Assembly (NCBI GenBank): GCA_044356295.1
Contig: JBIKWN010000002.1
Span: forward strand, 1 to 64,000
Source of the DNA: Bdellovibrionota bacterium
Lineage (GTDB): Bacteria > Bdellovibrionota_C > UBA2361 > JBIKWN01
Direction of reading: 5' to 3'
DNA length: 64,000 bases
Shown: piece after piece, positions 47,676 through 57,015 of the stretch
Layout of the letters: the number at the start of each line of letters is the position of its first letter
Position numbering within the stretch: position 1 is the first letter of the stretch
Position numbers and translations under genes: made by a program
The notes under the pieces: model-generated
The model's database searches: none
Told to the model about the DNA's origin: nothing
What the model saw: only the letters and a program-made list of their open reading frames with translations

Positions 47676-48083
47676 CTATCCAGCTTTTTTAAGTGGAATA
47701 TCAAGATCTGATTTTTGCAATTTTCGATCTTCTGCTTTTGAAAATTCAATCTGTTCAATGAGAAGCTGTGTCCAACTCTCCCATCCACTCATCGTAGAGC
47801 GCTCCTGAATAATCTCTTGAACTACTGCCGAAGTATCTCCTGGATGAGCTTCATTCAGAGTCTGGAGGCACTCTTCAACAAATTTTAACCCTGTAATAAT
47901 ATCATCAAAATGATCAGGAGTAATTGCACCAATTGATTTTTTGCGGGTTCGTCTTTGAATTCTTTCGATGGCTTTTCGAAGTTCCCCTGCCGCTTGCTCG
48001 AGCTCTCCTAATTCCTGTTGACGCACAGGGGTGGCATTAAGCCTAGGATTATGAAAAGGATAAAAAAATCGGTATAGATCCAA
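47676..48083 (-). CDS. Hypothetical protein
   Basis: 135-aa ORF co-oriented with the LOG gene. Confidence 0.6.
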   Translation of the reverse strand: MDLYRFFYPFHNPRLNATPVRQQELGELEQAAGELRKAIERIQRRTRKKSIGAITPDHFDDIITGLKFVEECLQTLNEAHPGDTSAVVQEIIQERSTMSGWESWTQLLIEQIEFSKAEDRKLQKSDLDIPLKKAG

Positions 48084-48148
48084 GGTTTAACCGGCTTAAA
48101 GTAATTTAGAGTAGTGTACTTAGGCTAAGACTAGTCGACAATAAGAAA

Positions 48149-48496
48149 ATGGAGACAGCGGTATATATATTCTGGGCAGCTATCCCTACTTTCTTCTTTC
48201 TGATGGCACTTTGGCTGTGGTTAGAGGGTATTCGAGGGAAAAAACACACAAATGAAGTCAATGACTTCTTAAAACAGGGATTTTTCGTCCTTGTTTGTGT
48301 AGGGCTTACCTATGGCATTTATGAAATGATTTTTATACCGTATATCAATCCGTCCATTGAAAAATTTGTTCCGACGTTTCTAATTAAATTTTTCCTACTT
48401 CCCGTTGTCCTCTATCTTGCAGCAATTATTGTTGGACCTACGAAAGATATTAAAATCAAAAAAGCCCCTCATCCAACAGAACGGAAGCGTCGATAA
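48149..48496 (+). CDS. Hypothetical membrane protein (3 TM)
   Basis: Three hydrophobic segments; first gene of the rnhB run. Confidence 0.65.
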   Translation: METAVYIFWAAIPTFFFLMALWLWLEGIRGKKHTNEVNDFLKQGFFVLVCVGLTYGIYEMIFIPYINPSIEKFVPTFLIKFFLLPVVLYLAAIIVGPTKDIKIKKAPHPTERKRR

Positions 48497-48515
48497 AAAA
48501 TTTAGGGCTAAATAA

Positions 48516-49148
48516 GTGCACCAAGAAAATCTGTATAAAAGAATTGCAGGTGTAGACGAAGCAGGTCGCGGTCCGCTTGCAGGACCAGTAGTTGCTGCGG
48601 CAGTCATTCTTCCACCTGAATTTAATTACAAAGAAATAACCGATTCCAAGAAACTTACAGAAAAAAAACGCGAACCACTCTTTGAGTATATTAAAGAAGC
48701 ATCAATTTCATATGCAATTGTTGCTGTTGGTCCAAGACGTATTGAAGAGCTCAATATTCGTGAAGCTACCAAACTCGCGATGAAACTTGCAGTTGAAAAG
48801 GTTCATGCTGATAAGGCGTTGATTGACGGTAATATGAAAATTCCTGTGATGTGTGAGCAAGAAACCATCGTTAAGGGAGATTTATTGATACCGCTTATCT
48901 CTGCAGCTTCAATCTTAGCCAAGGTATATCGGGATCGCCTTATGAAGGTTCTTGCAGCGCGCTATCCAGGTTATGGACTAGAAAAACATGCTGGTTATCC
49001 AACTGCATTTCACCGAGCAGCGATTGCTGAACTCGGCGTTAGCCGATGTCACAGAAAAACATTTGCAGGAGTAAAAGAATTTCTTGAGCCAGCAACAGAT
49101 AATTTCCAGATCTTCGGGCAGACTTCATCTGCCATCACTGCCGAGTAA
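48516..49148 (+). CDS. rnhB: Ribonuclease HII
   Basis: GVDEAGRGPLAGPVVAAAVIL, DSKKL, IDGN, KGD...ISAASILAKV.RD, GYPT. Confidence 0.97.
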   Translation: MHQENLYKRIAGVDEAGRGPLAGPVVAAAVILPPEFNYKEITDSKKLTEKKREPLFEYIKEASISYAIVAVGPRRIEELNIREATKLAMKLAVEKVHADKALIDGNMKIPVMCEQETIVKGDLLIPLISAASILAKVYRDRLMKVLAARYPGYGLEKHAGYPTAFHRAAIAELGVSRCHRKTFAGVKEFLEPATDNFQIFGQTSSAITAE

Positions 49149-49608
49149 TAACCGTGCTCTTGGTTCCTTTTTTGAACAGATTAGTTGCAAATACTTAACA
49201 CAAAAAGGATTTCTATTTATTAACAAAAACTGGAGGTGTTCACTTGGCGAAATCGACCTTATTTTTTCAACACCAGATCAAATTACTTATATTTTAGTCG
49301 AAGTTAAAGCAAGAAAGTTTCAGGGTGATTTCTCAGTAAAAGCATCTATTGATTGCCTTAAACGAAGTCAACTCTACCGAGTAGCAGAAGCATATGCTCG
49401 ACCTATTATCCAAAAAAATAAAGAGATCCGTTTTCGAATCGACACCATTCGTATAGTCTATATTCATAAAGATGAGACATTGCAGTTCTCACTTGAACAT
49501 ATTCAATCAGCACTAAGCCATGCCTACACCTTCGAAAAGAAAAAATGGGGTCAAAACAGACCTCTTCGACAAGAGAAGACAGTATTCAGGAAAAATAATT
49601 CCAGATAG
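49084..49608 (+). CDS. YraN/UPF0102 family putative endonuclease
   Basis: G..FE....YL...G....KNWRC..GEIDLI...VEVKAR...RID; follows rnhB; true start probably further downstream. Confidence 0.8.
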   Translation: MSQQQIISRSSGRLHLPSLPSNNRALGSFFEQISCKYLTQKGFLFINKNWRCSLGEIDLIFSTPDQITYILVEVKARKFQGDFSVKASIDCLKRSQLYRVAEAYARPIIQKNKEIRFRIDTIRIVYIHKDETLQFSLEHIQSALSHAYTFEKKKWGQNRPLRQEKTVFRKNNSR

Positions 49609-50176
49609 GACAGATCCTTTTAAATTATTTAAAGAGTGGTTTTCACTTGCTTCAAAAGTAGTCGCCTCGGAGCCTAATGCTATGGCTCTTTCAACAGTCG
49701 ATAAAAAAGGAAAGCCGAGTTCAAGGTTTGTATTACTAAAGGGATTTGACGAGCGAGGGTTTGTATTTTTTACCAATAGTATTTCTCGAAAAGGTAGTGA
49801 ATTAAAAGATAATCCTCATGTTGCTGCTTTGTTTTATTGGCATGAACTACATCGGCAAGTACGAATTGAGGGTAAAGTGTCTGAAATATCGCGACGTGAG
49901 GTCGAAACATATTTCTATAGCCGTCCACGTGATTCCCAAATTGCTGCAATGATTTCAGCGCAAAGTCATACATTAAAATCGCGGAAAGAACTTTTAACAA
50001 AATTTGGGCAGTGCCTCAAAAGTACTCGAGACCCAATATGCCCAAAAACCTGGACAGGATATCGAATTGCACCTGACCAATTTGAATTCTGGTCAGGAAT
50101 GCCAAATCGTATGCATGATAGGGTTAGATATACAAAAAACAGATCCAGCTGGTTAAAAAAGAGACTTTGGCCTTGA
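49520..50176 (+). CDS. pdxH: Pyridoxine/pyridoxamine 5'-phosphate oxidase
   Basis: EPNAMALST, PSSR.VLLK, FFTN..SRKG, RQVRIEG, YF.SRP..SQI.A, EFW.G...R.HDR, RL.P. Confidence 0.93.
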   Translation: MPTPSKRKNGVKTDLFDKRRQYSGKIIPDRTDPFKLFKEWFSLASKVVASEPNAMALSTVDKKGKPSSRFVLLKGFDERGFVFFTNSISRKGSELKDNPHVAALFYWHELHRQVRIEGKVSEISRREVETYFYSRPRDSQIAAMISAQSHTLKSRKELLTKFGQCLKSTRDPICPKTWTGYRIAPDQFEFWSGMPNRMHDRVRYTKNRSSWLKKRLWP

Positions 50177-50189
50177 AGTAAAATAAGAA

Positions 50190-50945
50190 TTACTTAATAG
50201 CTAAGAAACCAGCAAAATTAAACCACTGGAAGAATGTTGATACTGATTCAAATCCTGCTTTCGAAAAAAGTGCTATATTTTCATCTCGTTGATATGGAAT
50301 TAAAACATTTTCAAGAGCTTCTCGTTTATTAGATATCTCTAAATCAGAATATCCCATCTCTTTTTTAAATCGATGATAGTAATCAACATACAGTCCATTT
50401 AAAATCTTATCTGCTTCAACTGTTTTTTCTACAACAATCAAAGCACCACCTTTTTGAAGGGCTTTATAAACATTCTCTATAACTTTTTGCCGCTGAATAG
50501 GACGAATGAACTGTAGTGATAATATAAGTAATACAACATCTGCTGAATCATGGGGCAGAGCCTTACTATCTGTAAAATCTGCAACGTGAAAATCTATTGC
50601 ATGTATTGATGATTCAGATTCAAGTTTCATCTTTGCTTTTGTTATCATTTCAGGGGATGTATCAATTCCAACAAAACGATTTGGCTTGAGACCTACTTGC
50701 TTACCTCTTTGGATAATAGAAGAAATTGTCGTTCCTGTTGAGCAACCAAGGTCGTATATGGTTTTTTGACCCGCAAATTCCAGAGCAAGATCTGCAACTA
50801 ACAATTGAATGGTTTGGTATCCAGGCACACTTCGTCCAACCATGTCATCAAATACATCGACAACCCGTTGGTCAAATTCAAAAGAACCTGATTTTTTATC
50901 TTTTCCTGTTATTGCAAAAATTGTGTCTTTTTTATGATTATTCAC
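50190..50945 (-). CDS. cmoA: Carboxy-S-adenosyl-L-methionine synthase
   Basis: FEFD..V..VFDDM..RSVPGY, YDLGCSTG, LQFI, GYS..EI..KR.ALENVL, QWFNF. Confidence 0.92.
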   Translation of the reverse strand: MNNHKKDTIFAITGKDKKSGSFEFDQRVVDVFDDMVGRSVPGYQTIQLLVADLALEFAGQKTIYDLGCSTGTTISSIIQRGKQVGLKPNRFVGIDTSPEMITKAKMKLESESSIHAIDFHVADFTDSKALPHDSADVVLLILSLQFIRPIQRQKVIENVYKALQKGGALIVVEKTVEADKILNGLYVDYYHRFKKEMGYSDLEISNKREALENVLIPYQRDENIALFSKAGFESVSTFFQWFNFAGFLAIK

Positions 50946-51016
50946 AAAGACAGAATAAATCGAATAGAGCGAAAAGCAAACTCTGTCTTGCTAGAATCTT
51001 TAACCAAGCGAGATTG

Positions 51017-51763
51017 TTACTTTCTTATGATACTTCCGAATATTCCTTGGAAAATTGCCATCTCTCTTTTGGATAATTTTGCGCGTTTCATGACTTGATT
51101 AATTAAGGCTGGAACTTCTGTTGAGGTATGTTCATTGAAAAATTTTGTCTGATGAAGTGATTTATCTATTAATTTTTCGAGTGAGGTATACTCATTGTAT
51201 TCACATAAATCGAAACTCTGATTTTGATAAAATTGGTTCGTAGGTAAATCAGATGTGGCACCATCACTCAATTTTATTGTTTTTAATGCATAAAGAACTA
51301 CTCCTACTGCATGCGATAAATTCATACTTGGATTTTTATCTTCCGTTTCGATAAAGACTAGATCGTTGCATCGTCCAAGTATTTCATTTGAGAGTCCGTT
51401 GTCTTCTGGTCCAAAGACCAGAGCCGTATGGATATTATTTTCAGATATTTGATTCATAAGACTCATTTGGTTTTGTTTTACAAAATCAAAAAGTCCTATC
51501 GGTCTTGGAAGTGCCCTACCATGTCGAGAAGAAAATCCAATGACCTGCTGAAAGCTACCAAGAGTTGTGTCGATACATTCACTTGTTTTTATGTTTTCCA
51601 AGATATCCGTTGCCCAACAAGCAGAACGCTTCGCTACTTCGCTATCAAATCCTCTCGGAGACACAAGAATGAGGTTCGAGAAGGAAAAATTATCCATTAC
51701 TCGCGCGACGCTTCCAATATTAATACTGTCCTTGGGCTCTATTAAAACAACGGATATACTCAT
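51017..51763 (-). CDS. trmJ: TrmJ/LasT-family SPOUT tRNA methyltransferase
   Basis: VVL.EP....NIGSVARVM.NF, ALVFGPE..GLSNE, SMNLSHAV. Confidence 0.8.
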   Translation of the reverse strand: MSISVVLIEPKDSINIGSVARVMDNFSFSNLILVSPRGFDSEVAKRSACWATDILENIKTSECIDTTLGSFQQVIGFSSRHGRALPRPIGLFDFVKQNQMSLMNQISENNIHTALVFGPEDNGLSNEILGRCNDLVFIETEDKNPSMNLSHAVGVVLYALKTIKLSDGATSDLPTNQFYQNQSFDLCEYNEYTSLEKLIDKSLHQTKFFNEHTSTEVPALINQVMKRAKLSKREMAIFQGIFGSIIRK

Positions 51764-51798
51764 ACTGGTAATCTTAAAAAACCACTTGGAAAATTGCT

Positions 51799-52242
51799 AT
51801 GTCAGCACACATGCCTGAGTCCCTTGAATTGCTCCTTACAAATAATTCCTTTGGAATTCTGGGAACTCATTTTAGCGAAGATCGAACATTCCCATTTTGT
51901 TCTCTTGTTCAGTATATAAGAGAAAGCAAAACCTCTTTAATTCTTAAAACAGCCTATATAGCGGAGCACCATAAAAATTTGGAACATACTACCCATGCAA
52001 GCTTGTTTATCAGTGAAGTAGGACAAAATAATCAATCTTCAGGGGCTCGGTTAACACTTCTAATGGAGTGCGAACAGATTCCATCAGAATCAAGAGAAGC
52101 AATTCGAAGCCTCTGGAGTGCTAAGACTCAAAAAACAATTCCTGATGAAATTGAAAATAGTTTTTGCTATTGGCGAGCGACGATAAAAAAAATACGCTGG
52201 ATAGCAGGATTTGGTGAAATGGGTTGGGAGTCATATCTATGA
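51799..52242 (+). CDS. HugZ/pyridoxamine-oxidase-like split-barrel protein
   Basis: G.L.T.....FPF.SLV.Y, AEH.KNL, ASL, RLTL, RWIAGFG.MGW. Confidence 0.78.
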   Translation: MSAHMPESLELLLTNNSFGILGTHFSEDRTFPFCSLVQYIRESKTSLILKTAYIAEHHKNLEHTTHASLFISEVGQNNQSSGARLTLLMECEQIPSESREAIRSLWSAKTQKTIPDEIENSFCYWRATIKKIRWIAGFGEMGWESYL

Positions 52243-52796
52243 AAGATTTTTTTGTACATGAAAGTAGTTTTATTGATGACGGTGCGGTGATTGGTGCAGG
52301 TACTAAGATCTGGCACTTCTGTCATGTGCTTACCAAAACAACAATTGGAAAAAATTGTGTCTTTGGTCAAAACTGTGCCATTGGTCCAGATGTAGTTGTT
52401 GGTGATGGATGTAAAATTCAAAATAATGTATCCCTTTTTAAAGGTGTTACTTTAGAAAATAATGTTTTCTGTGGGCCTTCATGTGTTTTTACAAATGTCA
52501 TTAATCCAAGAGCATTTGTTAATAGAAAGGATAAGTTTAAGAATACTCTGGTCAAGGAAGGGGCATCTATTGGAGCGAATGCAACTATTCTTTGCGGGAT
52601 AACTATTGGGCGATATGCTCTTATCGGCGCGGGAGCCGTTGTAATAAAAGACGTTAAGGATTATGAAGTTGTTATTGGAGTTCCTGGAAAACATGGGGGT
52701 TGGGTTTGTGAGTGTGGTACGACTCTACAAAATATGATGTGTTCAAAATGCAAAACTAAGTATCGACTTGAAGGTGCTATTTTAAAAAAGGAATAA
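52239..52796 (+). CDS. wbpD: WbpD/WlbB-type UDP-amino-uronate N-acetyltransferase (hexapeptide repeat)
   Basis: HESS.ID.GA.IG.GTKIWHF.H, KIQNNVS, FCGPS.VFTNV.NPR, GW.CECG; ATGA-coupled start 52239. Confidence 0.85.
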   Translation: MKDFFVHESSFIDDGAVIGAGTKIWHFCHVLTKTTIGKNCVFGQNCAIGPDVVVGDGCKIQNNVSLFKGVTLENNVFCGPSCVFTNVINPRAFVNRKDKFKNTLVKEGASIGANATILCGITIGRYALIGAGAVVIKDVKDYEVVIGVPGKHGGWVCECGTTLQNMMCSKCKTKYRLEGAILKKE

Positions 52797-52931
52797 GTCC
52801 TTTTAATTGTAGCGGTAATAACAGCTAAAGCATGAGATAATCATCAATAAAATCAGCATATTACGAAAGAAGCGCTTGTTGCCTAACTTGCATCTAAATA
52901 TCTGTATATATTTAGAAATTTCTGAACGTTC

Positions 52932-54623
52932 ATGTCTTTTACTACTTCAAAACCTAGACTTGTATTCTTTACACCTGGAGAAAAATTTAGGGACATCTTA
53001 GCTCCAAACTGCTTTGAACCTATCGTTGAACGTGTAAACGTTTGGCTTGATCACTATTTTGAGGTCATTACCATTTCTGAAAATTGTGATTACAAAAAAG
53101 TAATTGAACAGCATAAACCCGATTACTGTCTTTTTGATGGTCTCATTGAAAGTCTTGCTAGACTTCGATTAGCTATTTCTAATTTAGATTCATATCCTGA
53201 GATCCCACGAGCAGGATTATGTCGTATTGATGCAATTTCACCATCTCGAGGAATTTGTTGGGAAGAATTTGATCGATTTGGTGTGGAAGCACTTTTTACA
53301 CTCGGCGATCTTTGTATGGGTGAATCATATCAAGAAATTGCTGATAAAGTATTTTATGTTCCATGGTTCATTAATCCATCAGTATATAAAGATTATAACG
53401 AACCAAAAAGTATTCCCGTTGTAATGTTTGGTAATTTTGATTCAAAACCTTGCTGCTATCCATGGCGTGCATCTGTGCGAGAGCCACTCTTACAAAATTT
53501 ACCAGCTCTCTACTACCGGCATCCGGGGTATTCAAAACAAGAACAAAAATCAAATTCTCTCGTATTGTACGGGGAATCATTTGCTCGAGCACTAAATGCG
53601 TCTTATGTTTCACCATCAAGTGGAGGCTTTACAAATATTGTAATTTCAAAACAAATTGAGATACCGGCCTGCAATTCTTTACTTATTACAAATGATGTCG
53701 AAGCAGTAAAATTGTACGGATTTAAGAATTTCGAAAACTGCTTGTTTGCAGATCAAGATGATATTGTACATGTGATCGAACGTGTTCTTAATGACAAAAA
53801 GCTTTATAATAATATTTGCTCAGCAGGTTTTGAATTTGCACATTCAAAACATACTCACATGCAAAGACCTCAATTATTACAGTGGTTTATGTTGAGAAAA
53901 AACCTGCAAAAGGGTTATAAAATTATACAACCAGATATTTTTGGCCCGCTCAAAGCTGTTCCTGAAGCATATCCAGAGCAGACGTATCACATTCAATGTA
54001 ATGATGTTTATAAAATCCTACATAAAGTAGATGAATGTATAAAAGAAAAAAAATATACAGAAGCAGATTTTCTTATAGATAAAATGATCGGATTTTGTTC
54101 TTACATGTCTGAGCCTAAAGTAAGGCGAATTATTATCCAGCTTCTGACAAAAAAAGCCAAAGATGCTGCATTATATTTTGGTGAGCTTCTAGATTTTAAA
54201 ACATCTATGGGAGGCATGGCATTTGATCCTCTTGAATGGGCACTATTCTTGGTTACGTTGGGACTATCTGGATACTATAAAGAACTCAACGAGTACATTC
54301 TTGTTGATTCTGATAGTGAAAGAGCAGAGCTCGACACTGTTCGATGGGCATTTCTCTCAATGCTAAATCGCACACAAGAATCGGAACAGTTTTTCTACAG
54401 AATTATCCTTGGAAGAAATGATAAGCATACATCAATACATAATTATCCAAAACATTCTCCTCTAGAAATTCTAAGGCAATTACAAAGTTTATATCAATTT
54501 TATGATAAACAATCAGAAGTCCAAGCACTCAATCAATTGATCGAACATTATCAAAAGGCTCAAAGTGCTCTTGCAGCAGCTGGACAATTAAGCATACCTA
54601 CTCAACAAAGTAATCCAGCTTAA
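52932..54623 (+). CDS. CgeB-like glycosyltransferase with C-terminal TPR-like region
   Basis: YPWR, HPGY, G..FARALNAS, K.IEIPA..SLL, GF...ENC.F, G..F....HT...R. Confidence 0.72.
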   Translation: MSFTTSKPRLVFFTPGEKFRDILAPNCFEPIVERVNVWLDHYFEVITISENCDYKKVIEQHKPDYCLFDGLIESLARLRLAISNLDSYPEIPRAGLCRIDAISPSRGICWEEFDRFGVEALFTLGDLCMGESYQEIADKVFYVPWFINPSVYKDYNEPKSIPVVMFGNFDSKPCCYPWRASVREPLLQNLPALYYRHPGYSKQEQKSNSLVLYGESFARALNASYVSPSSGGFTNIVISKQIEIPACNSLLITNDVEAVKLYGFKNFENCLFADQDDIVHVIERVLNDKKLYNNICSAGFEFAHSKHTHMQRPQLLQWFMLRKNLQKGYKIIQPDIFGPLKAVPEAYPEQTYHIQCNDVYKILHKVDECIKEKKYTEADFLIDKMIGFCSYMSEPKVRRIIIQLLTKKAKDAALYFGELLDFKTSMGGMAFDPLEWALFLVTLGLSGYYKELNEYILVDSDSERAELDTVRWAFLSMLNRTQESEQFFYRIILGRNDKHTSIHNYPKHSPLEILRQLQSLYQFYDKQSEVQALNQLIEHYQKAQSALAAAGQLSIPTQQSNPA

Positions 54624-55433
54624 TTACTTGCGCACTATTATATACCGAAACCAACCATATCTTCGTGCGATTCCCCGTTTGAAAAAATTTGGTATGAGTC
54701 GCGTTATCCAATGGGGAAGACCAAAATAAAATGAAACAGTTTCTATCTGAGAAAATTTTGAAAATAATTTTTTTATATCATTCTCAGTCGTTGGAACGGT
54801 CCAAGCATTTCCTAACTGTTCCCAACCATCAGTCCACCTATTCCAAAGGTCTGCTTTGTTAAGATAGCTACTTTCTCTCTCAAAGACTCCTCTTATGAGG
54901 TGAACAAACATTGAAAAAACGGAATCTTTTGAATAGAGCATCAGCACTGCTTTTGCTCCAGGCTTTAATACTCGATGTACTTCGTCTATAGAATTCTGGA
55001 GATCTGGTGAGTGGTGCAATACACCAATTGAACAAACAAGGCTAAACGTTTCATGAGCAAATGGTAATGTTCTTGCATCACCACGATGTAAATCGGCAGT
55101 AAGCCCTCTTACAGAAAGTCGTTTTGATGTTAGATGAAAGGCTCTCTCTGTGAGATCGATGCCACTCATAACGATACCTTGTCGAATGAGCCATTCAGTA
55201 AGCCATCCACTGCCGTAACCAATTTCTAATCCACGTTGCCCTTGAAGCTCTTCTGGTTTAACAAACTCTCGAATTATATCTTCATAGCGTGGGCCCGCGT
55301 CGTATCTATAATTTAAAATGCAAGCGTCAATATCATCGAAATATTCTTTATTGGTCTCTGTATGGTACGTTTCTCCGTATAGCTGAGGATTTGAATCCCA
55401 CCATGATGCAACTTCTTCAATAGTCTCTGTCAT
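54624..55433 (-). CDS. Class I SAM-dependent methyltransferase
   Basis: LEIGYGSG, GIDLT, GDA..LPF...F..V.S.GVLHH, E..RVLKPG. Confidence 0.9.
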   Translation of the reverse strand: MTETIEEVASWWDSNPQLYGETYHTETNKEYFDDIDACILNYRYDAGPRYEDIIREFVKPEELQGQRGLEIGYGSGWLTEWLIRQGIVMSGIDLTERAFHLTSKRLSVRGLTADLHRGDARTLPFAHETFSLVCSIGVLHHSPDLQNSIDEVHRVLKPGAKAVLMLYSKDSVFSMFVHLIRGVFERESSYLNKADLWNRWTDGWEQLGNAWTVPTTENDIKKLFSKFSQIETVSFYFGLPHWITRLIPNFFKRGIARRYGWFRYIIVRK

Positions 55434-55972
55434 TATTTAAGCCTTTTACATTTTAAATCAGAACTCCAAGCAAAATGACTAAGAAGTCCAAAAATATAAA
55501 TACAGGGTAGACATAGTATAAGTGCAAAATTTAATATCCATCTCCCGACAGTCCGTTGGAGGACGAGAATAACCCAAGACAGAAGAGAGAGCCGAATTAG
55601 ACGAAGTCTGCTACTGATTACATATGAACGACGCAGGGATCCAAAAAGTGCGAATAATTCACGTGAACCACCACCTTCACCAAGCGGCCCACTTTCTGCA
55701 GTAACCACACAATCAAATTTTTTATAAAGCCGTGTCAGAATTTTTTCAAAACTCAGAATATTACAAAGTGTAATCGGTCTACTTGGTTCATACCCACAAA
55801 CGAGCACATTATTTGCTACTGTTTGAGGTATGAGATCTTTATAGTATGGAGGGACAAGAACTGAAATAGAACTACCCGGAAATTTTTTTCTAAGGAAATC
55901 TACCTGATGTAAAAAAAGATGTATATCGCTCCCTTTTAAAACAAGAATATTCTTCACATCAGAATCTTTCAT
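55433..55972 (-). CDS. Hypothetical protein with C-terminal TM segments
   Basis: 179-aa ORF whose stop overlaps the methyltransferase start; N-terminus weakly resembles a GT9-like first domain. Confidence 0.55.
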   Translation of the reverse strand: MKDSDVKNILVLKGSDIHLFLHQVDFLRKKFPGSSISVLVPPYYKDLIPQTVANNVLVCGYEPSRPITLCNILSFEKILTRLYKKFDCVVTAESGPLGEGGGSRELFALFGSLRRSYVISSRLRLIRLSLLSWVILVLQRTVGRWILNFALILCLPCIYIFGLLSHFAWSSDLKCKRLK

Positions 55973-56021
55973 AGAGTGAGCTTACACAAACAGTCAAGAA
56001 TCCCGCAAGGAGTATCCTATT

Positions 56022-56960
56022 TCACAGTAATGCTTCTATTTTTTTCTGAATCAATTTAAAAGTTGCCAGATCGCGCGCAGGGGCACCAACAACGATTGCA
56101 CCTTCTGGTACGTCTTTGGTGATTACTGAAGCAAGACCAACAAAGACATCACTTGAAATATGAACATGATCTCTCACGGCAGTTGAAGGTGCTATCCATA
56201 CTCGATCATCAATAGTAGTACTTCCTCCTATCATTGCATGAGCAATAAGCATCGAATATTTTCCAATGATGACGTTATGAGCTACATGAACGAGATTATC
56301 AATTTTTGAACCTTCACCGATGACTGTCGAACCAAATACTCCACGATCAATTGAAGTGTTTGTTCCAATTTCAACATCATTTTCAATAACAACATTTCCA
56401 ATATGTGGAAAATGTTCAAGCGCACCATGCTCATTTCGTTCATAACCAAACCCTGGAGCTCCAATAACTGTTCCTGATTGTATGCAAACCCCATTACCAA
56501 TTTTTGTATCTTTATAAATATGAACACCTGAGTCAATTTTACAGTTATCACCAATTTCTACATTTTCACCTATAACTACGTAAGCACCAAGAAAACAGTT
56601 TTTACCAATTCTTGCAGACGAATCAATCACTGCTGTCTTATGAACCGAGGCAGTACCTCTCGGAAGAAAAAAATGATTGATGGTACGGATCACGTGTAGG
56701 CGAGGTTGTGGACTAAGAATAAGTTGCTTGTGTAGTAGCGTTTCAAATTCAGCTTTCTTTTCCCATTCCTCAGGTACGATGAAGGCACCTCCTCGACTTT
56801 GAAGAATAAGCGGCATTCCTTCTTCAAGTTTTAATGAACAAAAGCTGATAGAAGAATTCGTTGCTGCTGATAAAGCAGTGACGGCAGTAACTTTAAAATC
56901 TTTATCTGATCCTTTGAAGGGTAATTTTAGAAAGGAGGCAATCTCGAATACAGTTGTCAT
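56022..56960 (-). CDS. LpxD-like hexapeptide N-acyltransferase
   Basis: IG..GFGYE, H.G.V.I..DVEIG.NT.IDRG, KIDNLVHVAHNV.IG; located in polysaccharide cluster, so possibly not the lipid A LpxD. Confidence 0.8.
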   Translation of the reverse strand: MTTVFEIASFLKLPFKGSDKDFKVTAVTALSAATNSSISFCSLKLEEGMPLILQSRGGAFIVPEEWEKKAEFETLLHKQLILSPQPRLHVIRTINHFFLPRGTASVHKTAVIDSSARIGKNCFLGAYVVIGENVEIGDNCKIDSGVHIYKDTKIGNGVCIQSGTVIGAPGFGYERNEHGALEHFPHIGNVVIENDVEIGTNTSIDRGVFGSTVIGEGSKIDNLVHVAHNVIIGKYSMLIAHAMIGGSTTIDDRVWIAPSTAVRDHVHISSDVFVGLASVITKDVPEGAIVVGAPARDLATFKLIQKKIEALL

Positions 56961-57015
56961 TCATGAAGTATAGGCGAGATATATTATTTCTTGAATAGAT
57001 AAATCTGCGCTGCCA

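Noticed and set aside
56022..56960. Assigning gene symbol lpxD
   Set aside because: Fold matches, but the context is a polysaccharide-tailoring cluster without bamA/fabZ/lpxA, so the lipid A role is unproven.
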